Origin: a virus
Lineage: Duplodnaviria; Caudoviricetes
Strand: one strand, 5' to 3'
IMG/VR virus record: IMGVR_UViG_3300042402_005702
Span: 1 to 56,841 of that record
DNA length: 56,841 nucleotides
Below, one piece after another: positions 48,107 through 56,760 of the stretch. Both the position numbers and the translations under genes were made by a program. Position 1 is the first letter of the stretch; every line of letters begins with the position of its first letter. The notes beneath the pieces were generated by a model, which did no database searches, was not told the DNA's origin, and worked only from the letters and a program-made list of their open reading frames with translations.

Positions 48107-48205
48107 ACTGTACCATAGTCAAGCCAGCCGAAGCCAATCCCCTGCGACCCGCGCCCGCTTTGGCTTACTCGGTATTTGAACCGTGATACTCGACTATGGT
48201 AAAGT
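48107..48205. promoter_or_regulatory. Divergent promoter region with two inverted operator/-10 units
   Basis: Plus strand: TTGAAC-18-TAAAGT containing TCGACTATGGTAAAGT. Minus strand: TTGACTATGGTACAGT. Confidence 0.65.
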
Positions 48206-48245
48206 GCCCTGAAAGGTCATCCCGACCTCCCAAGGAGGAAAACCA

Positions 48246-48743
48246 ATGTCAACCGCCCAACGCGACCAGCAGGCATCCGACCTGCAATCCCAAGGACTCA
48301 CTTGGGTTGAAGTAGCCGCGAGGCTCGGACTTGCCAACGGCGGCGTTGCCCGCCGATGCGCGATGCGACACCGCGAAAAGCACGGTCAGCCCGACCCAAC
48401 CAAAGTGAAGCAACCGTCCTACCTTCGCGAGTTGGGGAACCTGCTCGGCAAGGCGATGGCTGAAGACCTCGACGACTCCCCACCAGAAACGGTGACGCGA
48501 GTCAGCCAAACCGAAATCACCATCAACGGACGGTCGGTCACCCCGAACACCGAAATCAGCATCAAGGGCGAAACGGGACGGTTCACCTTCCGCTACAGCC
48601 TGCGCCCCGACGAAGTCACCGTGTGGGGCGGACAAACGCAGTACGAGAAATGGCGCACCTTCAAGATTGACCGCGTGCGCACCGTCCACCGCAAACCGCG
48701 CCTGCGCAAGAACGCCGAAGCCGTCGAGGAAGTCGACGCGTGA
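48246..48743 (+). CDS. ANGG-type HTH protein with a C-terminal beta domain
   Basis: TWVEVAARLGLANGGVARRCAMRH; AAGGAGG RBS. Confidence 0.8.
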   Translation: MSTAQRDQQASDLQSQGLTWVEVAARLGLANGGVARRCAMRHREKHGQPDPTKVKQPSYLRELGNLLGKAMAEDLDDSPPETVTRVSQTEITINGRSVTPNTEISIKGETGRFTFRYSLRPDEVTVWGGQTQYEKWRTFKIDRVRTVHRKPRLRKNAEAVEEVDA

Positions 48744-49576
48744 ACGCCTACGTCCTCCTCGGCGACGTCCGTGAACGACTCCTCGACATCCCCGACGCAT
48801 CCATCCAAGCCTGCGTGACCTCGCCGCCGTATTGGGGTTTGAGGGATTACGGCTCCCCAAACCAAATCGGTGCCGAACCCGACCCTCGACACTTCGTCGC
48901 CACGATGGTTGACGTGTTTCGTGAGGTTCACCGTGTCCTGCGCCCCGACGGTGTCCTTTGGCTGAACCTCGGCGACTCGTACTACAACAACTTCGGCGGC
49001 GGATCAGCATCGATGACCACCGGCAACGCCACCGCCGTCCGTCAACGCGGACGCCGCAACGTCGCCAAACACGACACCCTCAAACTGAAAGACCTGATTG
49101 GCATCCCTTGGGAAGTCGCGCTGGCGCTCCGCAACGACGGCTGGTACTTGAGGCAGGACATCATCTGGGCGAAGCCGAACCCCATCCCCGAATCGGTCAC
49201 CGACCGTTGCACCAAGTCCCACGAACACATCTTCATGCTCACCAAGTCCCCGAAGTATTACTTTGACAGCGACGCCATGAAGGAACCCGCAACGTCACAA
49301 AGCGGAACCCGCAACAAACGCGACGTCTGGTCAATCCCCGTGAAACCATTCCGCGACGCCCACTTCGCAGTCATGCCAGAAGCCCTTGTCGAGCCGTGCG
49401 TCCTCGCGTCAACCCGTGAAGGCGACACCGTCCTCGACCCGTTCATGGGTGCTTGCACCGTCGGATTGGTCGCCGTCCGAAATGGACGAATGTTTGCAGG
49501 ATGCGAACTGAACGAGCAATATGTCGACATCGCCCAACGACGCCTCGCGTCACTCACCCGATTGGAAACCCGATGA
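48740..49576 (+). CDS. DNA methyltransferase (SPPY, likely N4-C)
   Basis: TSPPY, HFAVMP, DPFMG. Confidence 0.9.
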   Translation: MNAYVLLGDVRERLLDIPDASIQACVTSPPYWGLRDYGSPNQIGAEPDPRHFVATMVDVFREVHRVLRPDGVLWLNLGDSYYNNFGGGSASMTTGNATAVRQRGRRNVAKHDTLKLKDLIGIPWEVALALRNDGWYLRQDIIWAKPNPIPESVTDRCTKSHEHIFMLTKSPKYYFDSDAMKEPATSQSGTRNKRDVWSIPVKPFRDAHFAVMPEALVEPCVLASTREGDTVLDPFMGACTVGLVAVRNGRMFAGCELNEQYVDIAQRRLASLTRLETR

Positions 49577-50532
49577 ACAAAGCACAAGTCCTCCTTGGAG
49601 ATGTTCGGCAACGCCTCGCTGAAATCCCCGACGACTCGATTCAGGCGTGCATCACCAGCCCACCGTATTGGGGACTGCGCGACTACGGGCAAGATGACCA
49701 GATTGGGTTGGAGCAAGACCCTAACGCCTTTGTCGCATCGCTGGTTGATGTGTTTCGCGAAGTCAAACGCGCCCTCACACCCGACGGTGTGTTCTGGCTC
49801 AACATCGGCGACTCCTACTCAGGAAGCGGAAAAGGCACCGCAGGCAACCTCGGCAAGAAACACAACGAACGCCATCTGGAACACAAACACTCCGCCATCA
49901 TCCCCGACGGATTGAAACCCAAAGACCTCGTCGGCATCCCTTGGCGACTCGCGTTCGCCCTGCAAGCCGATGGCTGGTACCTGCGCCAAGACATCATTTG
50001 GCACAAACCCAACGTGATGCCCGAATCCGTCAAAGACCGATGCACCAAAGCGCACGAGTACCTTTTCATGCTCACCAAAAGCCAGCGCTACTACTTTGAC
50101 AATGAAGCAATCTTTGAACCTGTCGCCGAAGTGTCGCTCGCGCGCGCGAAGCGAGGACTCAAGACAGACCGCCCATCGGCGAAAACATCCAGTGGCGGCA
50201 TCGACGTTGAGGAGATGGGAGAACGCTTTGTCAACCCCAAAGGGCGAAACAGACGGTCGGTGTGGTCAATCCCTCCTGCACGGTTCAAAGGCGCACACTT
50301 CGCTGTTATGCCCGAAGGGTTAGTGGAGCCATGCGTGCTGTCATCAACGAAGCCCGGCGACACGGTTCTCGATCCGTTCATGGGTTCAGCGACCGTTGGT
50401 GTTGTTGCTTTGAGGCACAACCGTTCATTCCTCGGTTGCGAACTCAACCCCGATTACGTTGCGATTGCGCAGAAACGCATCGCCGACTCCAACACCGACC
50501 TGTTCAACCAAACGATGCTTGACATCATCTAG
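49573..50532 (+). CDS. DNA methyltransferase (SPPY), tandem paralog
   Basis: TSPPY, HFAVMP, DPFMGS. Confidence 0.9.
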   Translation: MNKAQVLLGDVRQRLAEIPDDSIQACITSPPYWGLRDYGQDDQIGLEQDPNAFVASLVDVFREVKRALTPDGVFWLNIGDSYSGSGKGTAGNLGKKHNERHLEHKHSAIIPDGLKPKDLVGIPWRLAFALQADGWYLRQDIIWHKPNVMPESVKDRCTKAHEYLFMLTKSQRYYFDNEAIFEPVAEVSLARAKRGLKTDRPSAKTSSGGIDVEEMGERFVNPKGRNRRSVWSIPPARFKGAHFAVMPEGLVEPCVLSSTKPGDTVLDPFMGSATVGVVALRHNRSFLGCELNPDYVAIAQKRIADSNTDLFNQTMLDII

Positions 50533-50610
50533 CGCGCAACTCAACCCGTCGCCACCACAGCCGGGTCAAGTACGTCGGCTACACTTTGCCCATCCCGTCT
50601 CGGAGGACAA

Positions 50611-50778
50611 ATGGACGACGAAAACCCACAGGAATACGAAATGACCGCGTTGTTAGAAGGCGTTCTAGGGTTGCACGAAGTGTTTGTCACATTGATGCGT
50701 GGCGGCTTCACCGAAGACCAAGCACTCAAATTGGTCGCGAACGTTCTGCACCTGACAGGAGGCTTCAATGGCGAATGA
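50611..50778 (+). CDS. 55-aa hypothetical protein (not in ORF track)
   Basis: GGAGG RBS; LHE.F..L..GGFTE.QAL.LVA motif. Confidence 0.65.
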   Translation: MDDENPQEYEMTALLEGVLGLHEVFVTLMRGGFTEDQALKLVANVLHLTGGFNGE

Positions 50779-51037
50779 AATCGGCAACCTGCTCGTTGTG
50801 CGCTGGCTTGACGCCCACAACTACCCCGTTGAATGGACGCTTCTAGACGATGTGAACCCGTACGTCGCTGAAGTAAAGTCGGTCGGTTGGGAAATCTATC
50901 GCGACCATAAACAACTCATCATGTCCGCCGACGTTGCACTCGACATCGACGGGCAAACCCAAATCAACTCGTTCTTTGCCATCCCTATCGGATGCATCGT
51001 CAACGAGGAAGTCTTAAGGAGAAGCAACAATGGCTGA
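50768..51037 (+). CDS. Conserved small phage protein
   Basis: V.W.DA..SVGW..IP.GCI motif. Confidence 0.7.
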   Translation: MANEIGNLLVVRWLDAHNYPVEWTLLDDVNPYVAEVKSVGWEIYRDHKQLIMSADVALDIDGQTQINSFFAIPIGCIVNEEVLRRSNNG

Positions 51038-52487
51038 AACGCCTGACCTGCAAGAAATAGGTACGTCTGGCTTACAGCACGTCGGCGGCTTCATCAATGA
51101 CGAGTTCATCGCCGACCTGCGCGGTTTGCGCGGCGCTAAGGTCTGGCGCGAAATGTCAGACAACGACCCCGTCATCGGGGCGATGTTGTTCGCCATCGAG
51201 CGACTCATCCTGCAAATCGACTGGCGCATGGAGCCATTCAAAGAAAACCCCGACGCCGTCGTCAAAGACAAAGACCAAGAAGTCGCCGACTTTGTTGAAG
51301 AATGCATGAACGACATGAGCGAGTCGTGGGACGCAACTTTGTCGTCCATTCTGTCGTTCCTGACGTATGGCTACGCCTTCTGCGAAATCGTCTACAAGAA
51401 GCGCGTCACATGGGACACCAGCGACCCAACCAAACGCTCCAATTACACCGACGGCAAAATCGGCTGGCGAAAGATTGCCCTCCGCGCCCAAGAAACAACA
51501 TGGCAGTGGATATTTGACGAGACAGGCGGCATCAAGGGTCTGGAGCAGATGGATCCGTCGGGAGTCAGTCGAGGCGTTGTCACCATCCCAATTGAGAAAG
51601 CGCTCCTGTTCCGCACCTCGTCAGTTCGCAACAACCCCGAAGGACGGTCATTGCTTCGCAACGCGTACCGTCCTTGGCGCTTTAAGAAAACAATCGAGGA
51701 AATTGAAGCCATCGGCATTGAACGCGACCTTGCAGGCTTGCCCGTTGCGTATGTGCCGCCACAGTTGCTTTCATCAAACGCGACACCAGCCGAAGCGTCC
51801 GCGCGCGCAGGGATTGAGAAACTCATCCGAGGCATCAAACGAAACGAGAACGAAGGCATCGTTTTCCCACTCGCCTACGACGACCAAGGACGCGAACTGT
51901 ACAAGTTGACGTTGCTGTCTGCCGGTGGTGGACGTCAGTTTGACACCGACAAAGTTGTGTCACGCTACGACCAGCGTATCGCGATGACCGTCCTCGCCGA
52001 CTTCATTCTGCTTGGACATGAAAAGGTCGGTTCTTTCTCGCTTGGCTCCACCAAGGTTGACTTGTTCACCACAGCAATCGCCCAAATCGCCCAATCCATC
52101 TGCGACGTGTTCAACCAGCACGCCATCCCTCGCCTGTTGAAAGTGAACGGCATGGACGCATCACGCCGACCAACGTTGTCATTTGGCGACATCCACCAAA
52201 TCAACATCGCCGAACTCGCCGACTTCATCCAGAAGGCATCAGGGTCGGGTGCGTTGGTTGTCGACGAGGGACTCGACGAATACCTCCGCCAAGTGTCAGG
52301 CTTGCCACCAAAGGTCGAGTCCGAAGAGGGTGTCAACAACAATCCGAACGTCGCGCCGCCACAGCAACCAGCCCCTTCACAGCAGGCTCCACAACCCGCC
52401 CCAGAAGGTGGACAACCCGCGCCAGCACCGAAAGCACCAAGCGCGCAGTCCGAAGCACCACAGGCTCCACCAGCACCGGAGAAGTAA
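51030..52487 (+). CDS. Portal protein (DUF935/Mu gp29-like)
   Basis: YG..EIVY..NPEGRSLLR.AY.PW..EAIGIERDL.G.P..GS.SL. Confidence 0.9.
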   Translation: MAETPDLQEIGTSGLQHVGGFINDEFIADLRGLRGAKVWREMSDNDPVIGAMLFAIERLILQIDWRMEPFKENPDAVVKDKDQEVADFVEECMNDMSESWDATLSSILSFLTYGYAFCEIVYKKRVTWDTSDPTKRSNYTDGKIGWRKIALRAQETTWQWIFDETGGIKGLEQMDPSGVSRGVVTIPIEKALLFRTSSVRNNPEGRSLLRNAYRPWRFKKTIEEIEAIGIERDLAGLPVAYVPPQLLSSNATPAEASARAGIEKLIRGIKRNENEGIVFPLAYDDQGRELYKLTLLSAGGGRQFDTDKVVSRYDQRIAMTVLADFILLGHEKVGSFSLGSTKVDLFTTAIAQIAQSICDVFNQHAIPRLLKVNGMDASRRPTLSFGDIHQINIAELADFIQKASGSGALVVDEGLDEYLRQVSGLPPKVESEEGVNNNPNVAPPQQPAPSQQAPQPAPEGGQPAPAPKAPSAQSEAPQAPPAPEK

Positions 52488-53470
52488 TGCCATTCGTGCG
52501 CAGGGCGAAGCAAAAGACTGCGTCAACGCCCGTTGAGAAAGCAGGAGGAGAACTGACCAGCGTGGAACGCGCGCTGGCTCAGGCATACGCGCAGGCGGTG
52601 CAGATGTTCCGCAACGGCGTCTTAACACCTCAAGTTGCTGACGCCATCAGACAGTCGGTGGCGGCAACGCTTCGCGCACTCCCAACAGGGTCACTCATCG
52701 GCGACCTTCGTCCGATTGTCGACGCGCTTGTCAAAGAAATCATCAAAACAGGAAAAGCCGAAGCCGCCGCTAGTGCAGGGTTCCGCATCCGTTTTGACGA
52801 GGCAGACCCGCGCGCAACCCAATGGGCGCTGGAACGCGCAGGCAGACTTGTCAAAGACATCACCGACGAGGTCGAGGGCATCATTCAGGAAATTGTCGCT
52901 GACGCAGTCGAGGGCGACATCAGCATCGCCGAAGCGCAACGACGGATCCGCCGCAACGTCGGACTTCACGAAAGATGGCGTAAAGCAGTCGAGAACACCC
53001 ACGCACGGCTTCTAAAACAGTTCCGCGATTCTGGGCTGACTGAACAGCAAGCCATCGAGCAGGCACAGAAGGCGGCTGAAAAGTACCAAGACCGCCTCAT
53101 CCGCGCGCGCGCAAAGAACATCGCCCGCACCGAAATCGCCACAGCGCAGAACGAAGGACGATGGGTCGCATGGCAACAGGCTGGTGACGCGGGACTTGTC
53201 AACCTGCAAACGTCCATGAAGGAATGGAGAACCGCACCAGAGTTCGTTTCATCACGCACCGTTGTCTGCCAAATTTGCGCACCGCTCGACGGCAAACGCA
53301 TCCCCGTTGATGAGAACTTCCAAACAGGACTCCGCGCCCATCCTGACGGCATTAAAATGCCGCCCGCGCATCCGTCATGTCGTTGCCGAGCCGTGTTGGT
53401 GCCTTTGTCGTTTTCCGAGATTGAAGCACGACTCGCCGAAGCGCGACGTCAAGAAGGACAAAGGACGTAG
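52487..53470 (+). CDS. MuF/gp7-like head morphogenesis protein
   Basis: RA..IARTE..A.N.G..K.W..C..C..LDG..PPAHPSCRC. Confidence 0.9.
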   Translation: MPFVRRAKQKTASTPVEKAGGELTSVERALAQAYAQAVQMFRNGVLTPQVADAIRQSVAATLRALPTGSLIGDLRPIVDALVKEIIKTGKAEAAASAGFRIRFDEADPRATQWALERAGRLVKDITDEVEGIIQEIVADAVEGDISIAEAQRRIRRNVGLHERWRKAVENTHARLLKQFRDSGLTEQQAIEQAQKAAEKYQDRLIRARAKNIARTEIATAQNEGRWVAWQQAGDAGLVNLQTSMKEWRTAPEFVSSRTVVCQICAPLDGKRIPVDENFQTGLRAHPDGIKMPPAHPSCRCRAVLVPLSFSEIEARLAEARRQEGQRT

Positions 53471-53514
53471 CAACGTGTCACTTTCGCATTGTGAACCCAT
53501 TATGGTGATTTGTT

Positions 53515-53769
53515 ATGGCTGAACGACTCATCGCGAAAACAGACGCCGGTGACAGGCTGTTTCAAGTCGGCACGGTCATTGTTGATGAAGAACTAGGCGG
53601 TTTGAACCTGCCCACCCCACGCGACCTGTCGATAAAGCCTTCTGTGCGCGCCTACGGCTTCGTCGAGTTTGCAGACGGACGTCGAGTCGCGGTGGAAAAC
53701 ATCGAGTCGTTTCTGTCGCGAGGTTTCTTTGAACAGGTCGCTGAAGTTGATGAAACGGTCACGGGTTGA
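53515..53769 (+). CDS. Small acidic hypothetical protein
   Basis: Lies between MuF and the polyprotein gene. Confidence 0.55.
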   Translation: MAERLIAKTDAGDRLFQVGTVIVDEELGGLNLPTPRDLSIKPSVRAYGFVEFADGRRVAVENIESFLSRGFFEQVAEVDETVTG

Positions 53770-53772
53770 CCG

Positions 53773-56760
53773 ATGCCGTACTCGATTGCACGCGGTAAAG
53801 GTTGCTCGCCGTCTAAGCCTTGGGCTGTAATCAAAGACACTGACGGTTCGGTTGTCGCCTGCCACACATCCAAGGACAGCGCGCTTGCACAAATCCGTGC
53901 GCTGTACGCCGCCGAACCCGCACTTGCCAAAGCACGCGAACGCATCACAAAGCACCTGCCGGGGCAACATTCCCAAAAGACTCACGCCACAGGCGGTGGC
54001 GGCACACCAGACGGCGGAGCGCCAAAGAAACGCAACAAGAAAGACATCGCCGCTGACGACCAGCGCGCTTTGGAGTTGTACGAGTCAGGTAAAACGTGGG
54101 ATCAGGTTGCCGAGGAGATGGGGTTCGCAAACGGCGGTGTGGCGCGACGCGCAGGCAAACGCCATGAGGAACGACGTAAAGCCGGTGATGGAACCGACAA
54201 GAAACCCGACGAGACGCCCGACAAGATTGACAAACCCGAACCGCCGAAGCCCACGCCGCCACCAGTCGACGTGACAAATCCGCGTCCGATGACGGACAAA
54301 GACCCAAGTCAACAGTTGGTGCCGACGGAGAATTTCCAAGAAGCAGTCGAGACTGGACGCCCGTTCAAGCCGTTTACTGAGGAAGGCAAATCGCAAAAGG
54401 TGCGCGACGCGGAACAGAAGGTGCTGGACGCATCCGACGAATACGACCGTGTCTACAAAGAATACGAACCTGTAATCGCGGCGCGGGACAAGAAAATCAA
54501 AGAAGACTACGACACATATTCGGCGGAGTTGAAACGTCGTCAGGAAGCCAATCCCCGCAAACCAGAAGAGTCAGCGTACGACCACGAGAAGCGCGTCAAG
54601 AAACAGATGGAAGCGGACGGCATTAAGGAACCACAAAGTCCTGTCATCGCCGACTCGATGGGTCAACTAATCAAAGAAGGCGTCATTCCTGAAAGCCACC
54701 GAGAACGCCTTAACGCCGCTGGAACGTCAATCCAGAATGCCTACGCGGAACGTCGACGGGCAATTGAAATCGACACCATTGAAAACATTGTCGGAGCGAA
54801 AGTGCAAAGCCTGCCTGTGATGGAGATTGACTTTGATGCGCCACGCGATCCGGTGACTGGTGAACGCCCAATGAAACAACGCCTCGGCGACTACGGCGAG
54901 CAAAAGGGTAAACCTATTTTCAGAGAAGTTGTTGTTGTTGAGGCAAACGGTAACCGCTACGAAGTCCCTGTTCAAGACATCCTGCGAGACGAGGGCGATT
55001 GGCGTGTTCCGCAGTCTGATGTCATTCAAGAAACAGTAAGTTTTCGTTCACGCCTCGCCGAACAACAGCAGAACCGTTACGAAGCAAAACGGGCTGACCC
55101 AACTTTTGAGGCACGACAAGCAGAACAACTTCAAAGGCAACAAGCCATCGTTGACTCCCCACATACACGCATTGTTGTCCACGCACCCGTTTCTGCGGTC
55201 GGTGGAATTGTCACGAGTGGACGCATCAAATCTCAACATGAAACAGGACGCACTAAAGGGTTTAAGGGCGAAGACACACGCGCAGGATTTGAAGCCGCCA
55301 CTATGGGCGTTGTTTCTGCAACTGCCCCAACCAAAGAACAACGAACCAAAGCACCGATTTACGGTGCGTTGCATTTGGGTGGAGTTCGCGACAGTCAAGC
55401 CGTCGGCGCGGAGCAGTACGGCGAGGTTGGTTTCGTATTAAAACGCGAGGTGCATCAACGCGCCACGTTTACCGAAGGCGACTCGCTTGGTTTGTGTTTT
55501 GAACCATCACCGTTGTCGGGGCGTCAAACCCGACCAAATGGTCACGCCAACTCAGGTGGAGTTGACGTTCGTCGTTGGGGTGACGCCGACTCTCCTGAGC
55601 GGTTTGCAGGAGACATCGCACCAGCCCCGCGACGCACCAAGGGCTACCACGAAGCACAAGTTCTCGGCGGTGTTTCACTTGCCGACATTGAGTATGTCAC
55701 CGTTCCGAAAGGGACAAAGTTTCCTGAAGCGTCCCGAAAGAAACTCGCCAAAGCAGGCATTCCAATCGTTGAGTACGACATCGCCGACGTTGCACCACCC
55801 ATCATCGGAACAGAGGATCGCTACCCAATGAAGGGTAAGCCGTACCAAGTACCGAAGTTCGCCGACGGTGATTGGGGCAACATTCCCGAACCAACCACGA
55901 AAACGCTCGGTGTCATCGCAGACATTTTCAAGTTCCGACGCCGCCACAACACTCGCACACCGTTACGAAGCCTGTCGATTTCCACAAACATCACCCCAAC
56001 GGTGACGATGAAACACGCCAAACACGACCAAAAGACACACGGCAGGAGCGGCGGGCGCGCGTCAACACTTGACGCAGACAATCTTTACAGCGCACCGTTT
56101 CGCGCAAGAATCACCGACGACGGGTTTGAAGTCGATGAAGAAGGAATGCTCGCGTTTCTTGAGGGGCAAACATCCGCCCACGTCGACGTCACCAAACAGG
56201 AAGGTAAAGCGGTCATCGCTTACCAATCCGAACTGTACTACGAACAAATCAACGGTGGACTCCGCGAACAAGTAATCATGGGAGAAACAGACCTCCTTGA
56301 CCCAGAAATACGAACCATCATTTCTGACGTTGACAAAGCAATCGACAAGAGCGGTTTCACCGAAGACGTGGTTGTCTTTAGAGGACTTGACGACAACGAA
56401 GGAATGATTTCAGGAATGACCATAGGAGACTCATTTGTTGACCCCGCCTATCAGTCAACGAGCCTTAACCCGCTAGTCGCTTTCTCGTTCGCGACTGGAC
56501 TGCAAAGCGGAACAGGGAACGCGAACCCTGTCGTGATGCGCATCAAAGTACCAGCGAAAAGTCCCGCCCTCGCCGCCGACGTTGCCAGCACTCGCGCACT
56601 CGGAACGAAAGTCCAAACATATCGAGACGACACAGAGATTTTGGGTTTCAGTTTCGGCGCAGAGGTCATTTTGCCTCGCAGTACGATGTACGAAGTGACA
56701 GGAAGCCAAACGATAGATGGCGTGCAACTACTCGACGTGACGGTGGTGCGCAATGATTAA
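53773..56760 (+). CDS. Head-associated polyprotein: N-domain + His tag + ANGG-HTH + DUF3626-like domain + second His tag + VIP2-like ADP-ribosyltransferase
   Basis: MPY..C..WAVIK..CH..A.AQ..AL; KSQHETG..PIYGAL..YG..LK..TFT.GDS..EAQV.GG..L.DI; Y..IN..LR..VFRG..YQSTS..EVILPR. Confidence 0.8.
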   Translation: MPYSIARGKGCSPSKPWAVIKDTDGSVVACHTSKDSALAQIRALYAAEPALAKARERITKHLPGQHSQKTHATGGGGTPDGGAPKKRNKKDIAADDQRALELYESGKTWDQVAEEMGFANGGVARRAGKRHEERRKAGDGTDKKPDETPDKIDKPEPPKPTPPPVDVTNPRPMTDKDPSQQLVPTENFQEAVETGRPFKPFTEEGKSQKVRDAEQKVLDASDEYDRVYKEYEPVIAARDKKIKEDYDTYSAELKRRQEANPRKPEESAYDHEKRVKKQMEADGIKEPQSPVIADSMGQLIKEGVIPESHRERLNAAGTSIQNAYAERRRAIEIDTIENIVGAKVQSLPVMEIDFDAPRDPVTGERPMKQRLGDYGEQKGKPIFREVVVVEANGNRYEVPVQDILRDEGDWRVPQSDVIQETVSFRSRLAEQQQNRYEAKRADPTFEARQAEQLQRQQAIVDSPHTRIVVHAPVSAVGGIVTSGRIKSQHETGRTKGFKGEDTRAGFEAATMGVVSATAPTKEQRTKAPIYGALHLGGVRDSQAVGAEQYGEVGFVLKREVHQRATFTEGDSLGLCFEPSPLSGRQTRPNGHANSGGVDVRRWGDADSPERFAGDIAPAPRRTKGYHEAQVLGGVSLADIEYVTVPKGTKFPEASRKKLAKAGIPIVEYDIADVAPPIIGTEDRYPMKGKPYQVPKFADGDWGNIPEPTTKTLGVIADIFKFRRRHNTRTPLRSLSISTNITPTVTMKHAKHDQKTHGRSGGRASTLDADNLYSAPFRARITDDGFEVDEEGMLAFLEGQTSAHVDVTKQEGKAVIAYQSELYYEQINGGLREQVIMGETDLLDPEIRTIISDVDKAIDKSGFTEDVVVFRGLDDNEGMISGMTIGDSFVDPAYQSTSLNPLVAFSFATGLQSGTGNANPVVMRIKVPAKSPALAADVASTRALGTKVQTYRDDTEILGFSFGAEVILPRSTMYEVTGSQTIDGVQLLDVTVVRND

